A stretch of 20,000 bases of DNA from an uncultured virus (IMG/VR IMGVR_UViG_3300023109_000016) (lineage: Duplodnaviria; Heunggongvirae; Uroviricota; Caudoviricetes), in IMG/VR virus record IMGVR_UViG_3300023109_000016, one strand, 5' to 3'. This document shows positions 1-7,983 of this stretch, one piece after another; the stretch's first letter is position 1; every line of letters begins with the position of its first letter. The notes beneath the pieces were generated by a model that saw only the letters and a program-made list of their open reading frames with translations, was not told the DNA's origin and ran no database searches. A program made the translations under genes and the position numbers.

Positions 1-1
1 C

Positions 2-730
2 CTCATAATCTTGACCAATTATATGACCATCATCAGGGGCAGGAAGTCCCATCAGGTCTTCAGCACCGTGAATATCTTCAGCACCTTCTACAACAGTAGG
101 GTTGATTCTGGAAAGGTTTTCTGCATCATATTCTTCAGCATCCATTTCCATATATTCTTCTTCCATTTCTTCAGCCCTCATTTGACCGAAGTTGTTGCCT
201 TCTCCAACATCTCCAAAGTCAAGTTCTTCTTCTGCATCAGCAACAGTTGATTCTTCAACAGATTCTTCATTATCTAAGTCTTCAATAAAAGCCTTAATCT
301 TAGTCTTTTCATCAGAATTGTCTGGGATGATGAAATTAACAGTAAATCTTCCACCATCAGCAGACTTAGGGCCTAAAGTAAGGTTCTTATATCTTTGAGC
401 GTCTTGACCAACTCTAAAAACTCTGGTCTTTACATCGGTTATTTCTGGTTGTCCTATTCTACCTTGATTTCCCCTAATCATAACTACATCTTGTTCATTA
501 TCAAACACGATTTGAGTGGGGGTGAAAAGGTGCGTATCTGTCTTACCAATTTCGTAATACATTTGACACCTTGATAGGTTTTCATCTTCAACCATCTTCG
601 GCGTAGCCTTGCTTGCGGGAACAACCCAAGCCCTGCCATAAAAATTGGTTTCTTCGTTGAAAGTATCGGAGTCAAAACCCCAGAAATCATTACTTCCAAT
701 ATATACTGCATCTACTTCTTCTCTTGCCAT
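2..730 (-). CDS. Hypothetical protein with acidic xAE-linker region, truncated by the window edge (not in ORF track)
   Basis: Hand translation from ATG at 730 is open to the window edge (MAREEVDAVYIGSNDFWG...DAEEELDFGDVGEGNNFGQMRAEEMEEEYMEMDAEEYDAENL...GAEDIHGAED...). SD-like AAGGAG upstream; starts 1 nt after the stop of the 732-1448 gene. Confidence 0.85.
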   Translation of the reverse strand, partial: MAREEVDAVYIGSNDFWGFDSDTFNEETNFYGRAWVVPASKATPKMVEDENLSRCQMYYEIGKTDTHLFTPTQIVFDNEQDVVMIRGNQGRIGQPEITDVKTRVFRVGQDAQRYKNLTLGPKSADGGRFTVNFIIPDNSDEKTKIKAFIEDLDNEESVEESTVADAEEELDFGDVGEGNNFGQMRAEEMEEEYMEMDAEEYDAENLSRINPTVVEGAEDIHGAEDLMGLPAPDDGHIIGQDYE

Positions 731-731
731 T

Positions 732-1448
732 TCAAACTCTCCTTAACATTTTTTCAGTTCCTACATATGGTCTAAACCTTACTGTGAAATCATTTACTAC
801 ATCAACCATGCCTTCGCTCCTCCATTGAGCAAGACTTAATGTTTTAGAACTATCTGTATAGGAATCATTAGCATCTGGGTCTAATGTTCCTGAATAAGTC
901 TTACCATTAGGAGAACTAAGTCCAATTCTTGAACCGTCTCCTGCAGGAGTCATAAAAGGTTGTGTTAAATCAAGACCATAAGTTTGAGTAGGTCTGCAAC
1001 AATCATCCTTTGATGTAGGAATAGAAGGCTTTAATTGAGCAATTGGGGAAGGAATCAATTCTTGACCCGGAGCCATTGCGTTAAAAGTCGTAAAATCCTC
1101 AGCAGAAAGATTATAATTATATGGATTTTCAACACTAATCATAACATCTGAAACTCCTCCTCCGTAAGGACTATCGTTTACATAGGTGGTAGTTTTGTCA
1201 AATGCAAGGTGTCCTGCATAAGAGGAAGAAGGGTCGTATTGAACTGGAACTAAGTCTACAGTCATACCCGTTCTTTGTCTGTCCACTTCTTCTAATTGAG
1301 AAGGGCTAAATTTTGCTTTAATTCTATCTACAATAGTTTGAAAACCATTGGAAGATTCAGGTTCGGCTTCAAAACCTAATGAACCTCTAAAATGATAGGC
1401 CACTAAAGCCAATGCACCAGTTAAAAGAACAGTTCTTCCACTTACCAT
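732..1448 (-). CDS. Hypothetical protein with N-terminal hydrophobic anchor/signal followed by FEAE motif; putative virion membrane protein
   Basis: 238 aa ORF, N-terminus RTVLLTGALALVAYHF then GFEAE; TATA box 22 nt upstream. Confidence 0.8.
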   Translation of the reverse strand: MVSGRTVLLTGALALVAYHFRGSLGFEAEPESSNGFQTIVDRIKAKFSPSQLEEVDRQRTGMTVDLVPVQYDPSSSYAGHLAFDKTTTYVNDSPYGGGVSDVMISVENPYNYNLSAEDFTTFNAMAPGQELIPSPIAQLKPSIPTSKDDCCRPTQTYGLDLTQPFMTPAGDGSRIGLSSPNGKTYSGTLDPDANDSYTDSSKTLSLAQWRSEGMVDVVNDFTVRFRPYVGTEKMLRRV

Positions 1449-1470
1449 ACTATCCCTCTTAACTTACCGA

Positions 1471-1478
1471 TACTTAAA
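1471..1478 (-). promoter_or_regulatory. Archaeal TATA box TTTAAGTA
   Basis: 22 nt upstream of ATG at 1448. Confidence 0.75.
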
Positions 1479-1487
1479 GATTACGAT

Positions 1488-1691
1488 TTAACCTCTTTTA
1501 AAAATAGTCATCATTGAAAGAGTAATCAAAATTCCTAAAAAGATTCCTGAGGTAAAAAGAGCAGTTTCGTAAACAGGAAAATGGCTACTTACCAATACAT
1601 TATTAGATGCTTGTGTTTCATTTCCAAATTGGGCTTGTGTGCTTCCAAAAGCAATCATCGGCATAGAAGGCGTATACATAACTCCAGACAT
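1488..1691 (-). CDS. Small tail-anchored membrane protein (67 aa)
   Basis: Start moved to 1691 (GGAGGT SD at 1698-1703); C-terminal ALFTSGIFLGILITLSMMTIF-KRG. Confidence 0.7.
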   Translation of the reverse strand: MSGVMYTPSMPMIAFGSTQAQFGNETQASNNVLVSSHFPVYETALFTSGIFLGILITLSMMTIFKRG

Positions 1692-1695
1692 TTTA

Positions 1696-3120
1696 TTACC
1701 TCCTACCGTAAAGGAATCCTGCAATTAAAGCCATTGCTAAAATACTCTTTGAAGAGGTAGGGGTTAAAATGCTTTCAGCCGCATTTCTGTGAACGGTGTA
1801 TCCTTTATTAGATTTCCTATGGCTTCCCCTTCCAAAAAATGCAGGAGGCCAAAACATCATGCCTTCAGTCTTTTTAGACTTTTTAGCATAATTTTCTATT
1901 GCGGCTCTTTTACCTTCAGTAATAGAATCAAAATCTCCAATAGGAATTCCTAACTCATTCTCAATAACCCATCTTCTACCTCCTTTATCCATAGGCTTAA
2001 TTCCCGTAACTTCATAGAAAGTTTCTGCTTCAGCATCAAACCTTGAAAAGTCAAGGTGAGGATTGGCACATCTTGCACAAAGATACATTCCATTATACAT
2101 CTTCATTTCATCAGAGTATCCGGGTTTTTCGCATTCAACACATTTAATTGTAAACCAATCTGCTTCAAAATCTTCTGCATCTCTCCTATTTCCGCAATTT
2201 GCTTCAAAGGATTCTTCAGCCCTCTTTTCATCTGTTTGGACAGAAAGTAATTTATAACATTGACACATAGGTTTTTTGGCACTACATTGATTTCCTAAAT
2301 ACATACATTCACAAGGAACTGATTTTGTAGCACCGCAACAACAAGAGCCCTTTTTCAAAGTTCTCTTATATTCTGCGTCAAAAAATTCTGCACTAAATTC
2401 TTCTGCCATATAATTAATGTAGTTATTTCCGCCTGTTAAAGCATTCGCTTCATTAATAATGTAAAATCCTATTGCATCTCCCAAATCAGCATATAATTTA
2501 TCTTTTTGAGGAGAGTATAGGGGTTTTCTTTCTCTATTATGTCCATCATTTAAAATGCCTTTTTCTAAAGCCGCTTCTAATCTATACATAGCATCCCTAA
2601 CTCTTCTTCCGTCATAAGACCTATTGGTTAAATCGTAAATTGGTTGAATATAATTTTCATATCTGTTAGAATCAATCCCTGTTACTTCATACCCTCCATC
2701 TTGTTCTCCCATTCCATAACAAGGTTCACAATCAACCATTCCAGAACCATTACATTCATCACATTCATCCCCCTCCCAATCTTCGCCATCTCCATTACAA
2801 ATCCAACACTCTTGCTCTCCTTCTCCTAAACAAGAACCGCATTCTTCTTCCACAGGCTCTACTGAAACTAAATTCCCGTTTCCATTGTTATAATAATCGT
2901 AAACAAGAAAACTAAATGAATTTACAAGAACTCCAAAAACGGTAGGATTCAATTCAGGGTGTCCTATAAGGTGATTAATCTCTTCTGTATAGGCTCCATT
3001 CTCATACCCAGAATTTCTATCTCCTATTTCAGTCCTTCTAAAAGGTTGTCCTTTTTGTGATGCAATTTTAATGCATTCTTTACAACCGGGCTTATAAGAA
3101 GCAATAGGTTTAAATTTCAT
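1696..3120 (-). CDS. Modular Cys-rich polyprotein-like protein: DnaJ-type CxxCxGxG zinc finger, Cys-rich module and C4 zinc ribbon separated by xAE linkers, with C-terminal tail anchor
   Basis: CGSCLGEG/CWICNGDG/CDECNGSG/CEPCYGMG. Linkers MAEEFSAEFFDAE, RAEESFEAN, DAEDFEAD, FDAEAE, NAAES. C-terminus ILAMALIAGFLYGRR. Start at 3120 (ATG) or 3129 (TTG) preferred over 3183, which overlaps the upstream gene. Confidence 0.8.
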   Translation of the reverse strand: MKFKPIASYKPGCKECIKIASQKGQPFRRTEIGDRNSGYENGAYTEEINHLIGHPELNPTVFGVLVNSFSFLVYDYYNNGNGNLVSVEPVEEECGSCLGEGEQECWICNGDGEDWEGDECDECNGSGMVDCEPCYGMGEQDGGYEVTGIDSNRYENYIQPIYDLTNRSYDGRRVRDAMYRLEAALEKGILNDGHNRERKPLYSPQKDKLYADLGDAIGFYIINEANALTGGNNYINYMAEEFSAEFFDAEYKRTLKKGSCCCGATKSVPCECMYLGNQCSAKKPMCQCYKLLSVQTDEKRAEESFEANCGNRRDAEDFEADWFTIKCVECEKPGYSDEMKMYNGMYLCARCANPHLDFSRFDAEAETFYEVTGIKPMDKGGRRWVIENELGIPIGDFDSITEGKRAAIENYAKKSKKTEGMMFWPPAFFGRGSHRKSNKGYTVHRNAAESILTPTSSKSILAMALIAGFLYGRR

Positions 3121-3133
3121 TCCTTTCAAAGAA

Positions 3134-3583
3134 TCACTTCCTTGTTTGCTTACCAACCCAAATCGCCCCTGCAAGAACTGCAATAACTGAAAGATTCTTT
3201 AACCATAGCCTTTCTGGTTTTTCACCCATCGGGAACGATATCTCATCAGACCAAGCCTCATCCCAAGAGCCGTAGGGAGCATTATCAAAATCAGCATCAA
3301 AGAATTCAGCATTCCTTGTTTCATATTTTCCATCCATAAATTCAGTCCTAAGTTGAGGATATCTTTGGAAAACTTTTCTCCTTACTTCTAAAGCATCTTT
3401 TTTATTGTTAGGCCATGTTGAATAAACTAAAGCCAGCATAGCGTGTCTTTCATCTCCAATAGGATAAGCCTTTCTTTCTGGGAAAACATACTCTGATTTT
3501 GCCTTTTTAGAAAGTGTAGGGTGTCTGTCTTTTACTTCAGCATCAAAAGATTCTGCATCTTTGCATCCGCAAGTTGAACACAT
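3134..3583 (-). CDS. xAE-linker protein with MCxTCGC leader, DUF6582-like module and tail anchor
   Basis: MCSTCGCKDAESFDAE; EYVFPERKAYPIGDERHAMLAL...VRRKVFQRYPQL resembles phage DUF6582-type motif (from memory); NAEFFDAD; C-terminal LSVIAVLAGAIWVG-KQTRK. Confidence 0.8.
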   Translation of the reverse strand: MCSTCGCKDAESFDAEVKDRHPTLSKKAKSEYVFPERKAYPIGDERHAMLALVYSTWPNNKKDALEVRRKVFQRYPQLRTEFMDGKYETRNAEFFDADFDNAPYGSWDEAWSDEISFPMGEKPERLWLKNLSVIAVLAGAIWVGKQTRK

Positions 3584-3589
3584 TTATCT

Positions 3590-4426
3590 TCACATCCTTT
3601 TTGCTTTTGTATTAGAATCGGTGTGAACGGTTTGATAATCAAGAGGTCTGTAAGGGTCGGCAGGATTGTAATCATTACTCCAAACCGAGTCGGCAGGATA
3701 TCTGTATCTTGGAAGGAAATCGGCTACAGGGTCGTATACTTCAGGATAGCCTTCAGCAGATTTCTTATCACCACATCCTCCACCACCAGAGCATCCACAT
3801 CCGCATCCTCCTTCTGCCTTGAATTCAACATTCTTAATTCTGGAAACTGCGAAAACACCTACTGCAACGGCAATAAGAGTTTTCCAAGGGAATCTTGAAC
3901 CTGCTCCTTCTGCAGAATATCTGCCTCTTTCCATACCCATTGCAACTTGATTGCCTAATGCTCTTTCCCAAGACGACATATAGCCATCATTGTTTCTATC
4001 AGCCTTAACAGAGTCTAAGTTAGGATGGTCGGGATAGATTTGACCTGTGTATGGTTTTCCATCCCTGTCAATATCAGTAAGTTTTCTTTGAGCCTCAAAG
4101 GATTCTGCATCATAGGAATAAAATTTATCAAAATAATCATCCCTTTCCTTTTTTGTTAAAAAATATTCATCATCTATTGCACTATTAAGATAGTCAAACA
4201 GTTCTTGAAAACTCTTTTCAGTTTTTGAACCGCTTTCAATCACATACACATCAGCCTCAAAAGATTCTGCTCCTAATTTCTTAATGCCAAATCTAATCTG
4301 GCATCCTTCACAAATATTAGATTGAGGTGCAACTTCATCTGCACCACAGGAAACACAAACATCATCCATTTCAAAGAAAGGAGCCTCATAAGATTCTGCA
4401 TCTCTGCAACCGCAAGTTCCACACAT
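3590..4426 (-). CDS. xAE-linker modular protein with MCxTCGC leader, C4 zinc-ribbon module, EF-hand-like loop and one TM helix
   Basis: DAESYEAP, GAESFEAD, DAESFEAQ, YSAE, FKAE, KSAE delimit modules; CVSC..CEGC; DRNNDGYMSSWE; TM TLIAVAVGVFAV; TATA 22 nt upstream. Confidence 0.85.
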   Translation of the reverse strand: MCGTCGCRDAESYEAPFFEMDDVCVSCGADEVAPQSNICEGCQIRFGIKKLGAESFEADVYVIESGSKTEKSFQELFDYLNSAIDDEYFLTKKERDDYFDKFYSYDAESFEAQRKLTDIDRDGKPYTGQIYPDHPNLDSVKADRNNDGYMSSWERALGNQVAMGMERGRYSAEGAGSRFPWKTLIAVAVGVFAVSRIKNVEFKAEGGCGCGCSGGGGCGDKKSAEGYPEVYDPVADFLPRYRYPADSVWSNDYNPADPYRPLDYQTVHTDSNTKAKRM

Positions 4427-4448
4427 AGTTTTATAAATGAAGTTCCGC

Positions 4449-4456
4449 TATTTAAA
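4449..4456 (-). promoter_or_regulatory. Archaeal TATA box TTTAAATA
   Basis: 22 nt upstream of ATG at 4426. Confidence 0.75.
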
Positions 4457-4464
4457 GATTACTC

Positions 4465-4854
4465 TTAAACATCTTGCCCAAGTTTTTGTGCATCAATTTT
4501 ATTAATTGTTCCTGAAGCCCATAACTGACAAACCCAATCCCCTCTTACTGCGGCTTCATTCCTTGAACAATAAGGCTCTCCTGCGGCTTCCATCCTTCCT
4601 TTAACAAGATGTCTACAATTACCGCAGAACTTAGCATTAGCACCTGTTCCATCAGGAGTAATTTTCAATCCAGCCCTTTCTAAAGCCGCAACCCATCTGG
4701 GAGCATTTTCATAAAAATAATTAGGATATTTAGTTCCAACAGGCAAAGACTTAATAATGTCTCTATTTCCTACAACATCGGGAACATCGTCCTTTCTTGG
4801 ACAAGTCCTCGCATTATGCCCCACTCTTTTACAGATTCCACATTTCCTTGCCAT
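4465..4854 (-). CDS. CCHC zinc-knuckle protein with C-terminal HiPIP-like 4-Cys motif
   Basis: CGICKRVGHNARTC (CX2CX4HX4C); CGNC-X15-C-X12-CQLW. Confidence 0.75.
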   Translation of the reverse strand: MARKCGICKRVGHNARTCPRKDDVPDVVGNRDIIKSLPVGTKYPNYFYENAPRWVAALERAGLKITPDGTGANAKFCGNCRHLVKGRMEAAGEPYCSRNEAAVRGDWVCQLWASGTINKIDAQKLGQDV

Positions 4855-4897
4855 ATGGATACACCGAACCTCTTATATCCTCTCTATTCGTGAGGGT

Positions 4898-6265
4898 TTA
4901 TTGTTGGTGGTGTCCACAGTTAGCACAGAAAGTTTCTTCAGCACCAAAGCCAAATGCAGTCCTTCTGGTTAGTCCAGCCATATCAGTTCTTCTTGAAGAG
5001 TAATCGCTCTTAGGGTCCTTCATTTCTACTACTGTATCCATTTCTCCTGTGATAATCTTTTTAGGCTTACCCATTAAACCTCTCAAGATGCTAACCTTTG
5101 GCCTTTCCATAATTCTTCTTGCCATTCCTGACCTTCTGTCTCTTCTTTCAAGCCTTCTGGTTTCCCAAGGTTGACCAGCATTTACTCCGAATCCGAATTC
5201 ACCCTCATCTGGGACAAGCATTCTGCTTGCTCCTTCTCTACCAGCATTAGCAATTCCAATTTTTCTGGTAAGTTCAGTATTTGGGACAGGCTTTGCGGCA
5301 GTTCCGTAGCCTCTTTCCATAAACCAAGCCCTTCCTGTGTTGACACCTTTTCTGGTAAGTTTGCCTTTGGAATCTCTATTACCAACATGGTCGCCCTTGT
5401 GATAAAGTTTACCGCCCTTTGCAGAGTAGCCGGGTTTCTTAGCGGCATCTGCAAACTTAGTAGCGGCGTTGAAAGCATGAATTTGTTCAGCATTCCAATC
5501 TTCAGCACCCATTTGTCCGAAGTCATTACCTTCGCCAATGGCTCCAAGCATTTCTTCTTCTGCCTCTCTAATTTTCTTGCCTCTCTTGGACTTTTCCCTC
5601 ATTTCCCAACTTTCTTCTTTGTTTACTCCGAATCCAACATCTCCTTGAGCAGGAACAAGCATTCTCTTGCTACCTCTTCCAGCGTTTGCAATTCCAAGTT
5701 CTCTTGTAAGTTCCGTATCTGGGACAGGTTTCTTAGCAGTTCCATAGCCTCTTTCCATGAACCAACCCCTTCCGCCACCTACTCCTTTTCTGGTAAGTGA
5801 GCCTCCTCTACCTCTTCTTCCAACAAGGTCGCCTTTGTAATATAATTTGCCGTTCTTAGCAGAGTATCCCGGTCTCTTAGCGGCTTGAGTAAAGGAAAGT
5901 GGAGCCTCAAACTCGGCTTCTCTAATAGACTTTCCCTTACTTGACTTATCTCTCATTTCCCAACTTTCTTCTTTGTTTACTCCGAATCCAACATCACCTT
6001 GAGCAGGGACAAGCATTCTCTTACCCTTCTTTCCAGCGTTTGCAATTCCAAGTTTTCTGGTAAGTTCCGTATCTGGGACAGGATTCTTAGCAGTTCCATA
6101 TCCTCTTTCCATGAACCAACCTCTTCCGGTATTTACACCTTTCGTTGTTACTGAATTTCCTCTACCCCTCTTTCCAACAAGGTCGCCTTTATAATAAAGT
6201 TTGTCGCCCTTAGAGGAATATCCGGGTTTTTTTGCCGCTTCTGTAAAAGACTTTCTCTTTGACAT
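4898..6265 (-). CDS. Basic Gly/Lys/Arg-rich protein with three ~110-aa repeats joined by xAE linkers; putative DNA-binding core polyprotein
   Basis: Start moved to 6265 (MSKRKSF; TATA 22 nt upstream, removes overlap with 6291-6626). Three copies of F(T/A)xAAKxPGYS...GxGWFMERGYGTA...LVP...GFGVN...W. Confidence 0.85.
   Translation of the reverse strand: MSKRKSFTEAAKKPGYSSKGDKLYYKGDLVGKRGRGNSVTTKGVNTGRGWFMERGYGTAKNPVPDTELTRKLGIANAGKKGKRMLVPAQGDVGFGVNKEESWEMRDKSSKGKSIREAEFEAPLSFTQAAKRPGYSAKNGKLYYKGDLVGRRGRGGSLTRKGVGGGRGWFMERGYGTAKKPVPDTELTRELGIANAGRGSKRMLVPAQGDVGFGVNKEESWEMREKSKRGKKIREAEEEMLGAIGEGNDFGQMGAEDWNAEQIHAFNAATKFADAAKKPGYSAKGGKLYHKGDHVGNRDSKGKLTRKGVNTGRAWFMERGYGTAAKPVPNTELTRKIGIANAGREGASRMLVPDEGEFGFGVNAGQPWETRRLERRDRRSGMARRIMERPKVSILRGLMGKPKKIITGEMDTVVEMKDPKSDYSSRRTDMAGLTRRTAFGFGAEETFCANCGHHQQ
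5155..6250 (-). repeat. Three intragenic direct repeats; copies 1 and 2 have a 354-bp period
   Basis: Identical 44-bp block at 5598-5641 and 5952-5995; third copy starts about 438 bp further on. Confidence 0.9.
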
Positions 6266-6287
6266 AGGATTTGTTTCAAGTTTTTGA

Positions 6288-6295
6288 TACTTAAA
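6288..6295 (-). promoter_or_regulatory. Archaeal TATA box TTTAAGTA overlapping upstream gene stop
   Basis: 22 nt upstream of ATG at 6265. Confidence 0.75.
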
Positions 6296-6626
6296 GATTA
6301 CTATTTGAAATAGAATCACAAACGGTGTCAAAGTCTTTTTTGTGTTCTTCATCATATCTATGATAATCCTTGGCAGTAACAATTAAAGAGGATAAAATTG
6401 CAATAGATGCTGGAATCCATGCATGACTTAATTTTAAAGATTCTGAAGGGTCTATCTTAGAAACTCCTGCAGTCAAGGCAATACCAATTAATCCTCCAAA
6501 GACCGCAGATTCAAAACCGTGTTTAACAAATTCAGAATGTCTTTGAGCGAGATATGCTTCAAACCCAGATTCACAAGTGGATTCAATTTCCAACTCTTCT
6601 TTAGATTTGTATTTCTTGCCAATCAT
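6291..6626 (-). CDS. Small two-TM membrane protein
   Basis: AVFGGLIGIALTAGV and AWIPASIAILSSLIVTA; TATA 22 nt upstream. Confidence 0.75.
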   Translation of the reverse strand: MIGKKYKSKEELEIESTCESGFEAYLAQRHSEFVKHGFESAVFGGLIGIALTAGVSKIDPSESLKLSHAWIPASIAILSSLIVTAKDYHRYDEEHKKDFDTVCDSISNSNL

Positions 6627-6648
6627 ATATAAGGGTGATTCTTACGAC

Positions 6649-6656
6649 TATTTAAA
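6649..6656 (-). promoter_or_regulatory. Archaeal TATA box TTTAAATA
   Basis: 22 nt upstream of ATG at 6626. Confidence 0.75.
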
Positions 6657-6658
6657 AA

Positions 6659-7345
6659 TTACTTTTTCTTATATCTTCTTTTCTTGGTAGAAGCCTTCTT
6701 CTTAGTAGTCTTTTTCTTAGTAGGAGTTTTCTTCTTAGTAGTCTTTTTCTTAGTAGTCTTTTTCTTAGCAGGAGACTTTTTCTTAGTAGTGGTTTTTTTC
6801 TTCAATACTACTTTAGAAGGAGTCTGTTTTTTGGTAAAAGATTTAGCACCGCTACCTCTTCTTTTAAACTTATAAAACTCAATAGTATAAACTTGTTTTT
6901 TAGGTTTGGGGAATCCTACCTTTCCCTTAGATGCTACTTGCTTTGAGTGTTTAATGACTAATTCTTTTGCTTTAGTTTGAGTTATGTTCTCTGGACTTGA
7001 CCAAACATATTGAGAAATGGTCTTACCATCTGCATCTAAAAATGCATAATAACATTCAAAATAATGGGGTTTTTTAGCAGGAGTAGTCTTCTTTTTTGCA
7101 GGAGACTTCTTCTTAGTAGCCTTCTTCTTAACAGGAGTTTTCTTCTTAGTAGCCTTCTTCTTAGCAGTAGTAAAAGCCCCTGCTACAGGAGTCCACTTTT
7201 TAACGGTCTTACCTTCTCTGGTATATGCGGAACAAACCCACATCCTTCCATCTCCTCCTTTCTTTTTAGTTCCTACGGCTACAGAAGTAGCACTTAATGA
7301 AGGAGAGGCTCTTGGCTTTCTTTTAATTTGTTTCAGCCTTGGCAT
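6659..7345 (-). CDS. Histone H1-like Lys-rich DNA-condensing protein with two small globular domains
   Basis: KKKATKKKTP/KKKTTKKK/SPAKKK repeats; N-terminal RASPSLSATSVAVGTKKKGGDGRMW..KKW domain; AAGGTGA SD. Confidence 0.8.
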   Translation of the reverse strand: MPRLKQIKRKPRASPSLSATSVAVGTKKKGGDGRMWVCSAYTREGKTVKKWTPVAGAFTTAKKKATKKKTPVKKKATKKKSPAKKKTTPAKKPHYFECYYAFLDADGKTISQYVWSSPENITQTKAKELVIKHSKQVASKGKVGFPKPKKQVYTIEFYKFKRRGSGAKSFTKKQTPSKVVLKKKTTTKKKSPAKKKTTKKKTTKKKTPTKKKTTKKKASTKKRRYKKK

Positions 7346-7354
7346 TTAATCACC

Positions 7355-7951
7355 TTAGAACCTATGAATCAAAAATGCTTCAGACCCAAAAGCCCTGCCG
7401 GGGCTGGTTCCAATTCCACCAAACTTAGAAGTTGATGAAGTTAAACCACCCAAATCTTTTGCCCTAACTGGAGGGAGAACAGGCCTTGCCTCAAGGAAAA
7501 CAGGCTCTGCTCTCTTAACTATGCCGTTAAAGTTGGGCATATTAGGAAGGTTAGCCTTAGGAAGGATAGGAGTTTCTCTAATTGGAATTTGCCTTGGGGC
7601 GAAATTAACATTTACAGACGGAGCCGCACCAAAGTTTCTTGGGTTAGTAGGTCTGTATTTCATTTGTTCCGCTTCCCATCTCGGACTTCCACCAAAAGTT
7701 TCGTGAACTGAATGGTTAGTCCTTAGTGCTGGCATAAAGTTTTCTGCACCCATCTTGGATTGAGGAACTTTAACAACAGGAATTTTTGGCATAAAGTCTG
7801 CACTTGGTCTTGGGCCTGTCCCTTGCATCATAGACTGTAGCGAAGCATTGTGTGCAGGTAAAGTCTCTGTAGCAAGGTTCAAACTTGGGAATTTCATCAA
7901 GTTTGGCCTTGGGGGTAAATTTGGCAAAACAGTATTTCCAATTTGTTTCAT
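7355..7951 (-). CDS. Pro-rich, probably disordered protein with xAE-type motifs
   Basis: MGAE, WEAE, FGAA, KRAE, FGSE; TATA 22 nt upstream. Confidence 0.75.
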   Translation of the reverse strand: MKQIGNTVLPNLPPRPNLMKFPSLNLATETLPAHNASLQSMMQGTGPRPSADFMPKIPVVKVPQSKMGAENFMPALRTNHSVHETFGGSPRWEAEQMKYRPTNPRNFGAAPSVNVNFAPRQIPIRETPILPKANLPNMPNFNGIVKRAEPVFLEARPVLPPVRAKDLGGLTSSTSKFGGIGTSPGRAFGSEAFLIHRF

Positions 7952-7973
7952 AATTAGAAGATATACCTTTTAC

Positions 7974-7981
7974 TATTTAAA
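7974..7981 (-). promoter_or_regulatory. Archaeal TATA box TTTAAATA
   Basis: 22 nt upstream of ATG at 7951. Confidence 0.75.
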
Positions 7982-7983
7982 GA

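Noticed and set aside
484..711. 75-aa minus-strand ORF
   Set aside because: Out-of-frame overlap with the longer open frame starting at 730 that has an SD and family motifs
2700..2845. dnaJ chaperone
   Set aside because: Only the CxxCxGxG finger is present; no J-domain/HPD motif or C-terminal substrate domain
4871..4878. ATATAAGA as promoter for the 4854 gene
   Set aside because: Only 16 nt from ATG and off-consensus, unlike the 21-22 nt rule
5171..5800. 209-aa plus-strand ORF and other plus-strand ORFs within 11-14818
   Set aside because: Antisense shadows of well-supported minus-strand genes; no promoter or SD support noticed
6266..6382. N-terminal extension of the 494-aa ORF
   Set aside because: Overlaps the 6291-6626 gene; the TATA spacing rule points to ATG 6265
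6684..7297. Hydrophobic FFLVV and Leu/Ser-rich plus-strand ORFs resembling membrane proteins
   Set aside because: Reverse-complement artefact of the Lys/Thr repeats in the H1-like gene
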